Counted from the first letter of the stretch, positions 39,349 to 49,026 are shown. The stretch: DNA of 64,000 bases from a bacterium (GCA_021810605.1 JAJZIL010000001.1:604-64603), one strand, 5' to 3'. Numbers and translations: made by a program. Notes: a model not told the origin generated them from the sequence alone.

Positions 39349-41448
39349 ATGTATAGAAAACTTTTATCCTTTGCATCATTATTATTTATTCTTTTTTTTA
39401 TTACAGGAAAGGTATTTGCAAGTACTACACCTCCCCTATCTGCTTATGAAGGAAATAGTTATCTAAATTCTTTATATAGTAATAAAAAATTTTCATTTAT
39501 AAAAGCTACTGTAAAACCTAATCCATATAAATCTTTTGCAAGTTATGGTCCTCAAGGACTTCAGAAAGAAGTTATGGGTTTTGCTCCATATTGGGATCTA
39601 ACAGATAATGCCTATCTCAATTATCCATATAGCAATCTTACTACAATTGATTACTTTGGAATAACATCTGATGGTAATGGTAATTTTGGAACTAATGCAG
39701 GAGGAGGAGATGGTTATGCAGGATTACAGTCATCACAATTTGTAAATATGGTAAATATTGCTCACAATAACAATATTAGAGTAATCATTACTGCAAAAAT
39801 TTTTAACCTTACTGATATTGAAAGTGTAGTTAACTCTACTACTAACTCTCAGAATTTTATTAATAATATAATATCTATTGCAAAACAATACAGTTTACAA
39901 GGAGTAAATATAGATTTTGAATATCAACCATCTCAGGGAACACCTGATACAACAACAATAAATAACTTTACTACCTTTGTAGGAAATCTCACAACACAGA
40001 CACATAATGCTATTCCAGGATCATTTGTAACAGTTGATGTATTTGCATCTTCGGTTCGATGGCCAGGATCTTTATTTAATGTTCCTGCTCTTGCTAATGT
40101 AACAGATGCTCTTAATGTTATGGCTTATGATTACTACACACCTTCCTCTTCTGTAGCAGAGCCTGTAAATCCATTTACAGGATATAATGATGGAGCAGGA
40201 CCTTTATGGTATGACGTTAGACGTACAATATTAGATTATGCAGCAGCAATTAATCCAAATAAGATAATTCTTGGTATTCCATATTATGGAAATGATTATC
40301 AAACAACAAATGATTCTCAGAATGCCCCTACAGTCTCAGGGACTGGAATAAATGAGCCTTATGGTCAGACAAATGACCAATATAAGAATCAGAATACTAA
40401 ACATTGGGATTCTCAAAGTTCTACCCCGTGGTATGCATATTGTTATACTTCAAATAATACTCCTCCTAATTGTGCTTCAGGAGACCAGTTAAGAGAGGGA
40501 TATTATTCTAATTCTACTTCACTAGGATTAGTTTACTCACAAGTACTACAGTCTAATCTTAGAGGTGTAAGTATTTGGACCTTAGGTTATGAACAACCAT
40601 CGAGTAGTCTTACTGATGTAATAAATAATTATTTTACTGATAACTCTATTTTTTCAAAAATCAATAGTGCCTATTACATACTCTCTTCAAATGGACAAGT
40701 TCTTCCATTTGGAAATGCTAATTATTATGGTGATATGTCATATATAAGTGGAGCACCTAACAGTAATGCTGTAGCAATGGCTACTCTTCCATCTGATACA
40801 GGATATTATATATTAACTCAAGATAGTGGAATATATACATTTGGTTCAGCTAATTTTTATGGTAGTGTATATAATATTCCAAATGCCCCAGTGAAAACTC
40901 CAGTTACTATAGCTACAACACCTAGTGGAAATGGTTATTATGTGTTAACTGCGGATGGAGGGGTATATACGTTTGGAGATGCTCAATTCTTTGGATCATT
41001 ATACAACATACCTTCCTCTGCTGTTCCTGATAGAACCCCTATAGCTTTTGCAGTAACTCCAGATGGAGGAGGTTATTATATAATGACTTCAAATGGTGCT
41101 ATATATACATTTGGGGATGCTCAATTCCATGGATCAGTTTTTAATATTCCTGCAGCACCGAATAAAAATGCTGTTAACTTTGCACTCACTCCTAGTGGAA
41201 ATGGATATTATATTACAACTCAAGATGGAGGGGTATATACATTTGGGGATGCTCAATTCTTCGGTTCTATGTATAATATAAATGGTGCTCCTAATAGAGT
41301 TCCTGTATCATTTTCTGTTACATCTAATAATCTTGGATACTATATAGTAACTGCTGACGGAGGTGTATATACTTTTGGAAATGCAACCTATGATGGAACA
41401 GCAATAGGTATATTTGCAAAAACAATCGGTCTTAATCTTTCTCCTTAA
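39349..41448 (+). CDS. secreted GH18-family glycoside hydrolase-like domain + 6x ~44-aa C-terminal repeats
   Basis: 699 aa. Signal peptide. GFAPYWD, SLQGVNIDFEYQP (the DxxDxDxE region with D-F-E retained), LNVMAYDYY, KIILGIPYYGNDY and GVSIWTLGYEQ follow the GH18 blocks. The C-terminal repeats have consensus YYILTxDGGVYTFGDAQFFGSxYNIP. Confidence 0.65.
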   Translation: MYRKLLSFASLLFILFFITGKVFASTTPPLSAYEGNSYLNSLYSNKKFSFIKATVKPNPYKSFASYGPQGLQKEVMGFAPYWDLTDNAYLNYPYSNLTTIDYFGITSDGNGNFGTNAGGGDGYAGLQSSQFVNMVNIAHNNNIRVIITAKIFNLTDIESVVNSTTNSQNFINNIISIAKQYSLQGVNIDFEYQPSQGTPDTTTINNFTTFVGNLTTQTHNAIPGSFVTVDVFASSVRWPGSLFNVPALANVTDALNVMAYDYYTPSSSVAEPVNPFTGYNDGAGPLWYDVRRTILDYAAAINPNKIILGIPYYGNDYQTTNDSQNAPTVSGTGINEPYGQTNDQYKNQNTKHWDSQSSTPWYAYCYTSNNTPPNCASGDQLREGYYSNSTSLGLVYSQVLQSNLRGVSIWTLGYEQPSSSLTDVINNYFTDNSIFSKINSAYYILSSNGQVLPFGNANYYGDMSYISGAPNSNAVAMATLPSDTGYYILTQDSGIYTFGSANFYGSVYNIPNAPVKTPVTIATTPSGNGYYVLTADGGVYTFGDAQFFGSLYNIPSSAVPDRTPIAFAVTPDGGGYYIMTSNGAIYTFGDAQFHGSVFNIPAAPNKNAVNFALTPSGNGYYITTQDGGVYTFGDAQFFGSMYNINGAPNRVPVSFSVTSNNLGYYIVTADGGVYTFGNATYDGTAIGIFAKTIGLNLSP
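40668..41445 (+). repeat. six tandem ~44-aa repeats (YY[IV]LTxDGG[VI]YTFGDAQF[FH]GS) forming the C-terminal domain of the GH18-like protein
   Basis: Repeats read directly from the translation. The same module is present in the next gene. Confidence 0.8.
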
Positions 41449-41451
41449 ATT

Positions 41452-43566
41452 ATGAAAAAATTTGTATTTATATCTATTATTATCTCTATTTTTGGAATAT
41501 CTATTATTAAAATTTATGCTTCTAGTATAAGTGTTAATAATAGTACTATTAATGAATACAACAAACTTACCCTTAACAGAAAATATACTACTAATTCAGC
41601 CATAGTTGAGACTAATAATAATAAAATAGGTTACTCAAATATTGTAAATGTTAATCAAAAAATAAAAATAATAAAGAAGCCTAATAATGAAAGTTATAAA
41701 AGTTTTATGACTAATCTTATATCTAATAAGAATATTGTAAGTGTATCACCAAATTATACGAGAAATTTCTCTTCTCTTCCTAATAATATAGATATAAATC
41801 TTCAAAAAAATTTATTTGATATTAATGCTCCTGTAGTTGATAATTCAGGGTTTACAACATCTTTAGGAGGAAGTACTAATATAAAAATAGCAGTACTAGA
41901 TTCTGGAGCTGAGTATCAAAATTTTACAAACACATTAGACTCAAATACTTATGCACAAGCACCTGCATTATCTAATATTAATATAGTTGATCCCTATAAT
42001 GCTTTAGCTGTATATGATGGACAAACAATAAATGAATACAATCCTTATGATAGTCTAGGACATGGAACATATGTTACTGGAATAATAAATTCTAGTACTA
42101 ATAATGATTCGAATGGATCTCAGCAGTATGGTGTTGCAGGAATCGCATTCAATACTAGTATTATGCCTATAAAGATAGGAAACAGTAGTGGTATTCCACT
42201 AGGAGCAGAACTATTAGGAATTCAATGGGCTATTAATAATGGCGCTAATATAATTAATTTAAGTATAGCTGGTAATACTCCTTACAGTACAGAAGAAAAT
42301 TTAATAGAGCAGGCAATATCAGATGGAATAATAGTTGTAGCATCTTCTGGAAATGAAGGTGTTTCTTCTATTGATTATCCTGCAGGGTATCCAAATGTTA
42401 TAGCTGTAGGAGCATCAAATTCACAGAATGCTTTAGCTGGATATTCAAATTATGGATGTAGTAGTGACAATAATTGTCAGACATTAGTTGCTCCAGTTGG
42501 ATATAATAATCCTTTAACTTTTCAACAAAGTTATACTGGATTTAACAGTGGAACAGTATCTAGCTTCTCTAGTTTTTCTAATCAGAGTGCGATTGGAACA
42601 TCATTTTCTGCCCCTCAAGTTACAGCTGCAATAGCTTTATATGAGTCAAAATATGGAATACAACCACTTAGTGTAATACAGAGTGTTTTAGAAAAAAGTT
42701 CTACAAATATAGGAAGTCAATTTCAATTTGGAGATGGGCTTTTAAATATTAATTCAATGCTAAGTAACGCTCCTACAAATAGTAGTAATACCTCATCATA
42801 TAATATTCTCTCTCAAAGTGGATCTGTTTATGCAGAAGGTAATGCTCCTAATTACGGAGGGATTAATAATATAAACCAAAATTATGGAAAAGCAGTTGAT
42901 ATAGTCAATACCTATAATAATCAAGGTTATTATATACTGACATCTTCAGGATCAGTTTATACATTTGGGAATGCTCAATTCTTTGGTTCTATGTATAACA
43001 TAGTAAATCCTCCAGATAGAACTTCAATAAAACTCATTCCTACTTTAAATGATAAAGGTTATTACATATTAACTGCAGATGGAGGTGTCTATACATTTGG
43101 AGATGCTCAATTCTTCGGGTCATTATATAATATTCCTTCCTCTGCTATACCAGATAGATCCCCAGTAACATTTTCTTTAACATCAGATAATCTAGGTTAT
43201 TATATTATTACAGCAAATGGAGCTGTTTATACATTCGGCAATGCTCAGTTCTTTGGTTCTGTGTTCAATATACCTAATGCTCCAGTAAAAACAGCAGTTG
43301 ATTTTCAAATTACAAATAATAATCAAGGTTATTATCTACTAACAGCTGATGGTGCAATCTATACATTTGGAAATGCTCAGTTCTTTGGTTCTATGTACAA
43401 TATATCTAAAAGCTCAATTCCATCAAACATACCACAAAGTTTACTTATTACAAATAATAATCAAGGTTATTATATTTTAGAGCAAGATGGTGCAGTTTAT
43501 ACATTTGGAAATGCTCAATATGAAGGGAGCATTTATGGTATAATATCCTCATCAATAACATATTAA
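41452..43566 (+). CDS. secreted subtilisin-like serine protease (S8) + 6x ~44-aa C-terminal repeats
   Basis: 704 aa. Signal/TM at the N-terminus. Catalytic triad contexts IAVLDSGAEY (Asp), HGTYVTGII (His) and GTSFSAPQVTAAIAL (Ser). C-terminal repeats YYILTADGGVYTFGDAQFFGSLYNIPSSAIPDR. Confidence 0.8.
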   Translation: MKKFVFISIIISIFGISIIKIYASSISVNNSTINEYNKLTLNRKYTTNSAIVETNNNKIGYSNIVNVNQKIKIIKKPNNESYKSFMTNLISNKNIVSVSPNYTRNFSSLPNNIDINLQKNLFDINAPVVDNSGFTTSLGGSTNIKIAVLDSGAEYQNFTNTLDSNTYAQAPALSNINIVDPYNALAVYDGQTINEYNPYDSLGHGTYVTGIINSSTNNDSNGSQQYGVAGIAFNTSIMPIKIGNSSGIPLGAELLGIQWAINNGANIINLSIAGNTPYSTEENLIEQAISDGIIVVASSGNEGVSSIDYPAGYPNVIAVGASNSQNALAGYSNYGCSSDNNCQTLVAPVGYNNPLTFQQSYTGFNSGTVSSFSSFSNQSAIGTSFSAPQVTAAIALYESKYGIQPLSVIQSVLEKSSTNIGSQFQFGDGLLNINSMLSNAPTNSSNTSSYNILSQSGSVYAEGNAPNYGGINNINQNYGKAVDIVNTYNNQGYYILTSSGSVYTFGNAQFFGSMYNIVNPPDRTSIKLIPTLNDKGYYILTADGGVYTFGDAQFFGSLYNIPSSAIPDRSPVTFSLTSDNLGYYIITANGAVYTFGNAQFFGSVFNIPNAPVKTAVDFQITNNNQGYYLLTADGAIYTFGNAQFFGSMYNISKSSIPSNIPQSLLITNNNQGYYILEQDGAVYTFGNAQYEGSIYGIISSSITY
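42795..43563 (+). repeat. six tandem ~44-aa repeats, same family as 40668-41445, forming the C-terminal domain of the S8 protease
   Basis: Protein-level identity to the GH18-gene repeats is high. The nucleotide sequences have diverged. Confidence 0.8.
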
Positions 43567-43576
43567 TAATAAGTTT

Positions 43577-44107
43577 ATGAATAAGAATAGGGACTTTATA
43601 ATAATAATACTTGTAATAATTATAATAGTACTTTCTATAGTAATATATAGCCAAGATAAGAAGTCCGCAACATTAAAGACAAGTAATTCTAGTACAATTA
43701 ATACTCCTGCAACAATAAATAAAGGGATAACATCTAAAACAGAATCATTTCCAAATCAAAACCCTACAACAGTAATACAATATATAATAGGACACTATAA
43801 TAGTTGTATTGATAGTAGTATATGTCCAATATCATCTAATTTCAGAACAATATCTAAAAAATATATTAAGAATAAAGGAAAATTAAATCCAATAACCAGA
43901 CTTACTGGAAACTTTCTAACACCTACCTACTCTATAGTTACTGAACTTCCAACTATATCTATAATAAAAGTTTCTAATTTTAATGGAAGTAATTCAATTG
44001 AATATGATCTTTCAAATATAAATAATAAATGGGTACTGACAAATTCTTACTGTTTTAATAATCCAGATTCTAAGATAACAGCTACAAATATAATATCTTG
44101 TAACTAG
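43577..44107 (+). CDS. membrane-anchored hypothetical protein
   Basis: 176 aa. N-terminal TM FIIIILVIIIIVLSIVIY, then an S/T/N-rich domain with 4 Cys. Confidence 0.5.
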   Translation: MNKNRDFIIIILVIIIIVLSIVIYSQDKKSATLKTSNSSTINTPATINKGITSKTESFPNQNPTTVIQYIIGHYNSCIDSSICPISSNFRTISKKYIKNKGKLNPITRLTGNFLTPTYSIVTELPTISIIKVSNFNGSNSIEYDLSNINNKWVLTNSYCFNNPDSKITATNIISCN

Positions 44108-44199
44108 ATAATTTTTATTATTCACTTTATAACTAAGTAGAATATAGAATTATTTTTCCTACTCCCTACCACTTGCAATATGATATATAATGCTTTTAT

Positions 44200-45006
44200 A
44201 TGGTCAGTGTAATCTTAGTAACATACAACAGCGAAAAATTTATAAAAGAAACTTTTGTTCGTCTTTTAAAGCAGACATATAAAAATATAGAAATCATAAT
44301 AATTGATAATAATTCAAAAGATAACACTATAAAATCAATAAAAGAGATAAAAAAAGATCAAAAAATAATTAAGAATGATAGGAATATTGGTTTTGCTAGA
44401 GCAAATAATCAAGGATTAAAAATTTCCAAAGGAGAATACATACTTACTCTAAATCATGATCTTTACCTAACTCCATCTTATATTCAAAAAATTGTAGAGA
44501 TCATGGATAGAGATCTTACAATAGGATCTGCTCAAGGAATATATTACAATAACCTAGCCAAAACCAAAGTTGATAGTTGTGGAATATATCTTAATATAGG
44601 ATACAGTGGTAATGATATAAAAAAGATACCAAAAGAGAATAAAAGTATACTTGCTTGCTGTGCTGCAGCTGCAATATATAGAAAATCTGCATTAATAGAT
44701 ATAGGTTTTTTTGATATAAGATTTGTATCATATTATGAAGACTTAGATTTAGGAATAAGACTTAAAAAAGAAGGGTATACTAACTTGCTTGTTAAAAATG
44801 CATACTGTATACATCTTAGAGGAACAACTGACAGTTATAAAAATCTAAAATATTCATTAATTAATAAATATAGAATTTTAAAGAAGTATAAAATGACAAG
44901 GGAGATTAAGATTGCTAAAATATATGATCTAGCTAAATTTCCTATATATTACAAAAAAAATAGAGATTTTATACCCGAATATTTCAAAATAATGAAAAAT
45001 ATATAA
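44200..45006 (+). CDS. glycosyltransferase family 2
   Basis: 268 aa. VSVILVTYNSEKFIKE and IIIDNNSKDNT. Confidence 0.75.
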   Translation: MVSVILVTYNSEKFIKETFVRLLKQTYKNIEIIIIDNNSKDNTIKSIKEIKKDQKIIKNDRNIGFARANNQGLKISKGEYILTLNHDLYLTPSYIQKIVEIMDRDLTIGSAQGIYYNNLAKTKVDSCGIYLNIGYSGNDIKKIPKENKSILACCAAAAIYRKSALIDIGFFDIRFVSYYEDLDLGIRLKKEGYTNLLVKNAYCIHLRGTTDSYKNLKYSLINKYRILKKYKMTREIKIAKIYDLAKFPIYYKKNRDFIPEYFKIMKNI

Positions 45007-45158
45007 AAACTAATACTATAAAATGATATCTCTATTCCATTTTATTTTTTAACTATATATATTGCATAATAGATTTGAATTTATAACTGTTACATGAGAT
45101 ACTTTAATAGATTTTTAATTAAACTATATTACCTTAAGGTTAATTATTCTCATATAAC

Positions 45159-45614
45159 ATGCATTTTAGTATACTAACTTATATAGCTTCTACGGGCATA
45201 TTAGCCGTTTTTTTTCTAGGTCTTCTTCTTATTACAGCATTAATTAAAAAGCTTAATTTAAAAATTTGGATAAAATATCAGGTTCCTGCAACAAAAATTC
45301 ATATAACATTAGGTTGGCTAAGTTTTATATTTGTAGTAATACATATAAGTCTTGCTTTAACTATATTTCAAATTGGAGATATAGTTTTTTGGGCAGGATT
45401 AGTTGCAGCTTTCTTTTTCTTCCTTGCCTTTATTACTGGTGTTGTAAAGAAGTTTAATTTTAAATTATTTCATAGATATCAAATTCCTTCATCAAGATAC
45501 CATTATATATTAGGTTTTACAGCATTATTTTTTATATTAATACATATGATACTAGGACTTTTAATTTTTCATTATACTTTTGTTTTAACAATTTTAAGGA
45601 TATTACATGTTTAA
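45159..45614 (+). CDS. 4-TM membrane protein with two His-x13-His helices (putative di-heme b, ferric-reductase/NOX-TM-like)
   Basis: 151 aa. An internally duplicated 2-TM unit. KIHITLGWLSFIFVVIHISLAL and RYHYILGFTALFFILIHMILGL each carry two His spaced 14 residues apart. Confidence 0.5.
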   Translation: MHFSILTYIASTGILAVFFLGLLLITALIKKLNLKIWIKYQVPATKIHITLGWLSFIFVVIHISLALTIFQIGDIVFWAGLVAAFFFFLAFITGVVKKFNFKLFHRYQIPSSRYHYILGFTALFFILIHMILGLLIFHYTFVLTILRILHV

Positions 45615-46293
45615 AAAACTAATACATACAAAGAGAAAAGCTACAATTATAAATAAAGAACATATATCAGGAAATCTTATAAAAATTGATTTTAGAACAG
45701 ATCATATAGATTACATTCCTGGCCAATATATAACTTTATATATTGGGAATTTAATCCCTAGAAATTATTCTATTTATAGAGTCTCTGAAGATGGAAAAGT
45801 ATTTTCTATAATAGTAAATATTAATGGTAATGGTGTTGGAAGAAGAACAATAAAAGAATTTATTGTCTACGAACAAGTATATTTTATTGGACCAATTGGA
45901 GATTTTAGATTTAATAGAAATGATAATACTCATAATAAATGGTTTATTGCAACTGGAAGTGGGATATCTCCTTTAATTCCAATGATACTTGAAAATAGAT
46001 ATAAATATAAAATCAAGTTTTTTTTCTCTGCAAGATACAAAGAAGATATTTTTAATATGAAGATAAATGGAATTGACACCATAATATCTCTCACCCAAGA
46101 GAATAGCAATTGGAATGGCAAATTTGGAAGAGTTACTGACACACTTTTAGATGAACTTAAAAAGATAGATAACAGAGATGATATATCTTTTTATATATGT
46201 GGAAATCCTAAGATGGTAACTGATACAAAAAATTTTCTTATTAATCAAAATATAGATTTATCAAAAATATATTTTGAAAAATTTGGATTTTAA
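45607..46293 (+). CDS. FNR-family FAD/NAD(P)-binding oxidoreductase (ferric reductase/NOX dehydrogenase-domain-like)
   Basis: 228 aa. RNYSIYR (RxYS FAD motif), FIATGSGISP (GTGxAP-like NAD(P) motif) and YICGNPKMV (CG motif). 8-nt overlap with the upstream membrane protein. Confidence 0.7.
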   Translation: MFKKLIHTKRKATIINKEHISGNLIKIDFRTDHIDYIPGQYITLYIGNLIPRNYSIYRVSEDGKVFSIIVNINGNGVGRRTIKEFIVYEQVYFIGPIGDFRFNRNDNTHNKWFIATGSGISPLIPMILENRYKYKIKFFFSARYKEDIFNMKINGIDTIISLTQENSNWNGKFGRVTDTLLDELKKIDNRDDISFYICGNPKMVTDTKNFLINQNIDLSKIYFEKFGF

Positions 46294-46334
46294 TCTATAT
46301 TATAGTCATAATCCTATTATATAAAAAAATATAC

Positions 46335-46363
46335 TTGACATAATTCTATAGGTTTTATATAAT
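46335..46363 (+). promoter_or_regulatory. consensus sigma70-type promoter TTGACA-N17-TATAAT upstream of 46395 gene
   Basis: TTGACA at 46335-46340 and TATAAT at 46358-46363 with a 17-nt spacer. The gene start is 32 nt downstream. Confidence 0.4.
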
Positions 46364-46394
46364 ATGTATATTAATTTATTATGGGTTCAAACAT

Positions 46395-46883
46395 ATGAAT
46401 AACATAGAACAATATTTAAACCAAGTTCCTTTTGATCAAGATAATCCTGATCATAATAAAATTACATATCCAGAAAGAAAAGAAAAAATTACACAGAATA
46501 AATATTCAAACCAAGTTCCTTTTGACCAAGATAATCCTGATCATAATAAAATTACATATCAAGAGAGATTTGATAAAGAAAAAATTACACCAAATATTGA
46601 GGTATTACCTAGTAATCAAATAAAACCTACTGTTCTTTTTGATCAAGATGCACAAGATTTAAAAGAAACAAAATTGTTTGATCAAGATAATCCTGATCAA
46701 AATAATATAGCTTCTTCAAGGAGAATTAATAAAGAAAAAATTCCACAAAATATTATATTATTACCTACTAATCGACCAAGACCTATGGGTCTTTTTGATC
46801 AAGATGCACAAGATTTAAAAGAAACAAAATTGTCTAATAAGGTAAGAAAAACTCTTTCATTAAGGATAAAAAGAAATAAATAA
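46395..46883 (+). CDS. repeat-containing acidic hypothetical protein (FDQD-motif repeats), no signal peptide
   Basis: 162 aa. QVPFDQDNPDHNKITY occurs twice and LFDQDAQDLKETKL twice. Six FDQD(N/A) motifs in total. Confidence 0.5.
   Translation: MNNIEQYLNQVPFDQDNPDHNKITYPERKEKITQNKYSNQVPFDQDNPDHNKITYQERFDKEKITPNIEVLPSNQIKPTVLFDQDAQDLKETKLFDQDNPDQNNIASSRRINKEKIPQNIILLPTNRPRPMGLFDQDAQDLKETKLSNKVRKTLSLRIKRNK
46416..46834 (+). repeat. intragenic near-identical nucleotide repeats (copies at ~46416-46470 and ~46506-46560; second pair at ~46631-46678 and ~46787-46834)
   Basis: The first pair differs by 1 nt over about 55 nt. The second pair is identical over about 45 nt. Confidence 0.7.
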
Positions 46884-47090
46884 GAGATATTTTAATATCT
46901 TAAGAGTTCAATTCTAGTTTGGAAGTAACTATTGTTAAAGAAACTGTGTTCTATGAAACTCTTCTCCATAAACAATGTAGGAAGAGTTTCAAAAACTGCA
47001 AGATTTAAGATTTGTATGCCTTGGATTGCTTGATAATAATGAAAATATAGTCTATTTATTAAAATCCAAAAAAAGAAATAGATGATATAG

Positions 47091-48260
47091 TTAAATATTA
47101 CTCCATTTACCTGCAATTTCAAAAAATCCTTTTATATTATTATTTGAAGAGAAAACTTTAAAGTTTTTTATTCTTTCAATAGAGACTATCTGTTCTGTTA
47201 AATCCTTATTATATATAACTAAAGATATAAAATATTCAGAAGATATGAAATTTATAGAATCTATTTCAAATTGAATTTTACCTAAATTTTCTAATTGATC
47301 TACATTAAACTTATTATAACTAGAAATAGAAGTTATAACAGTACCATCATCTCTTGTAATAATAAATTCTATATTAGGGTTTTGTATTTTTCTTTCTAAT
47401 TTGTAATCTAGGACTATCCTCATAATCTCAGAGGACTTAAATATAGAAATTTCTTCATTTTTAGAATTAAAAAGTTTTATTTTAAATTTATCATTACTTT
47501 TAACTTCATCTTTTTTTTCTATCCTATGAAAAGATATTTCATTATACTTTTGCAATACCCCAAAGGCTTTTCCTTCATCTTTAATTGAACCTTTCTCAAG
47601 AAGTATTACTCTGTCACAAAACTCTTCAATAGCACCCATTGAATGAGATACAAAGACTATTGTTTTTCCATCTTTTTTTAATTTTCTAAACATATCAAAA
47701 CATTTTTGTTGGAAGGATAAATCTCCTACTGCAAGTACTTCATCTAAAAGATAAATATCTCCCTCTGCCTGTATTGCAATTGAAAAAGCTAGTCTTACTT
47801 GCATTCCAGAAGAAAAATTTTTAAGCTGAGTTTCTTCAAAACCTTGCAATTCTGAAAATTCGATAATAGAGTTATATTTATTTTTTATCTGATCCCTAGT
47901 AAGCCCAAGTATTACTCCATTAAGATATATATTATCTTTTGCAGTAAGTTCAGGATTAAAACCTACTCCTAGCTCTAGGAAAGGTATAAGTTTTCCATTA
48001 ACAGTTACCTCACCTTTATTAGGTAAATATATATTTGATATTATTTTTAAAAGAGTACTTTTCCCAGAACCATTTCTACCTATTATTCCTACGAATTCTC
48101 CCTCTGTAATAGAAAAAGATACATCTTTCAAAGCAACAAAAGACCTATACTTAGCTTTTCTTAAAGGATGTATAAAATAATCCTTAAGCTGAGTTCTCCT
48201 CTCTATAGGTATTTTAAAATTTTTTGTTATATTGTTAACTTCTATTACTTTTTTAGCCAT
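47091..48260 (-). CDS. ABC transporter ATP-binding protein, Wzt/TagH-type polysaccharide exporter with C-terminal extension
   Basis: 389 aa. GIIGRNGSGKSTLLK (Walker A), LSSGMQVRLAF (signature-like) and LLDEVLAVGD (Walker B). An extra C-terminal domain of about 140 aa follows. Confidence 0.8.
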   Translation of the reverse strand: MAKKVIEVNNITKNFKIPIERRTQLKDYFIHPLRKAKYRSFVALKDVSFSITEGEFVGIIGRNGSGKSTLLKIISNIYLPNKGEVTVNGKLIPFLELGVGFNPELTAKDNIYLNGVILGLTRDQIKNKYNSIIEFSELQGFEETQLKNFSSGMQVRLAFSIAIQAEGDIYLLDEVLAVGDLSFQQKCFDMFRKLKKDGKTIVFVSHSMGAIEEFCDRVILLEKGSIKDEGKAFGVLQKYNEISFHRIEKKDEVKSNDKFKIKLFNSKNEEISIFKSSEIMRIVLDYKLERKIQNPNIEFIITRDDGTVITSISSYNKFNVDQLENLGKIQFEIDSINFISSEYFISLVIYNKDLTEQIVSIERIKNFKVFSSNNNIKGFFEIAGKWSNI

Positions 48261-48264
48261 ATAT

Positions 48265-49026
48265 TTAAAAATCTTCTGCTATCTTCATTATTTTTTTACT
48301 AAAAAATCTATAACTTATATACAAGAATATTAGAGATAGTACAAAAATCACTAAAGTTGAATAAAAAGATTCTATTTTATTATAAATTAAAGCTTCTCTT
48401 GTAAAATTAAATATATGTGTAAGAGGATTAGCATCAATAAGATATAAAGTCTTTCCTTTTATGAGAGAAAGAGGATAAACTATTGGAGTTAGATAGAATA
48501 GAACTAACATAAAAATATCCCAAATATGTTGAAGGTCTCTAAATAATACATGTAGAATACTTATAAAAAAGGATATTCCCAAACCAAGTATATATAAAAT
48601 AAAAATCCCAAATATAAAAATTAGAACATCTAGAGGAGAAGGAAGGATTTTATTAAATGCAAAAAATATTATTATCACTACTAAGTTAAATGTAAGATTA
48701 ATTACAGCTATAAGAGTTGATCCTACTACTGCTAGATATCTTTTGAAATTAACTTTTAACATCATATCTTTTTTCTGAAGTAGTGAATTCAGACCATTTA
48801 TTGTTATCTCTTGAAAAAAGGTATACATTATTGTTCCTAAAAGAAGGTATAGTGCATAAAATTTAACACTACCTCCTAAAAGAAGAGAGAATACTACATA
48901 CATTACAGTAAAAGTTAAAAGTGGCTTTATAACAACCCAAAGGAAACCCAAAATTGAGTTATTATATCTTAATGTAAAATCAGTTTTTACAAATTCTAAT
49001 AATAGATCTTTATCTGTTTTAGTCAT
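48265..49026 (-). CDS. ABC-2 type transporter permease (Wzm/TagG-like)
   Basis: 253 aa with about 6 TM helices. Immediately upstream of the Wzt-like NBD gene. Confidence 0.75.
   Translation of the reverse strand: MTKTDKDLLLEFVKTDFTLRYNNSILGFLWVVIKPLLTFTVMYVVFSLLLGGSVKFYALYLLLGTIMYTFFQEITINGLNSLLQKKDMMLKVNFKRYLAVVGSTLIAVINLTFNLVVIIIFFAFNKILPSPLDVLIFIFGIFILYILGLGISFFISILHVLFRDLQHIWDIFMLVLFYLTPIVYPLSLIKGKTLYLIDANPLTHIFNFTREALIYNKIESFYSTLVIFVLSLIFLYISYRFFSKKIMKIAEDF

Noticed and set aside
46892-47122. 76-aa minus-strand ORF overlapping the 3' end of the Wzt gene and the intergenic region
   Set aside because: It would read through the Wzt stop region in another frame. It has no motifs and is most likely a chance ORF.
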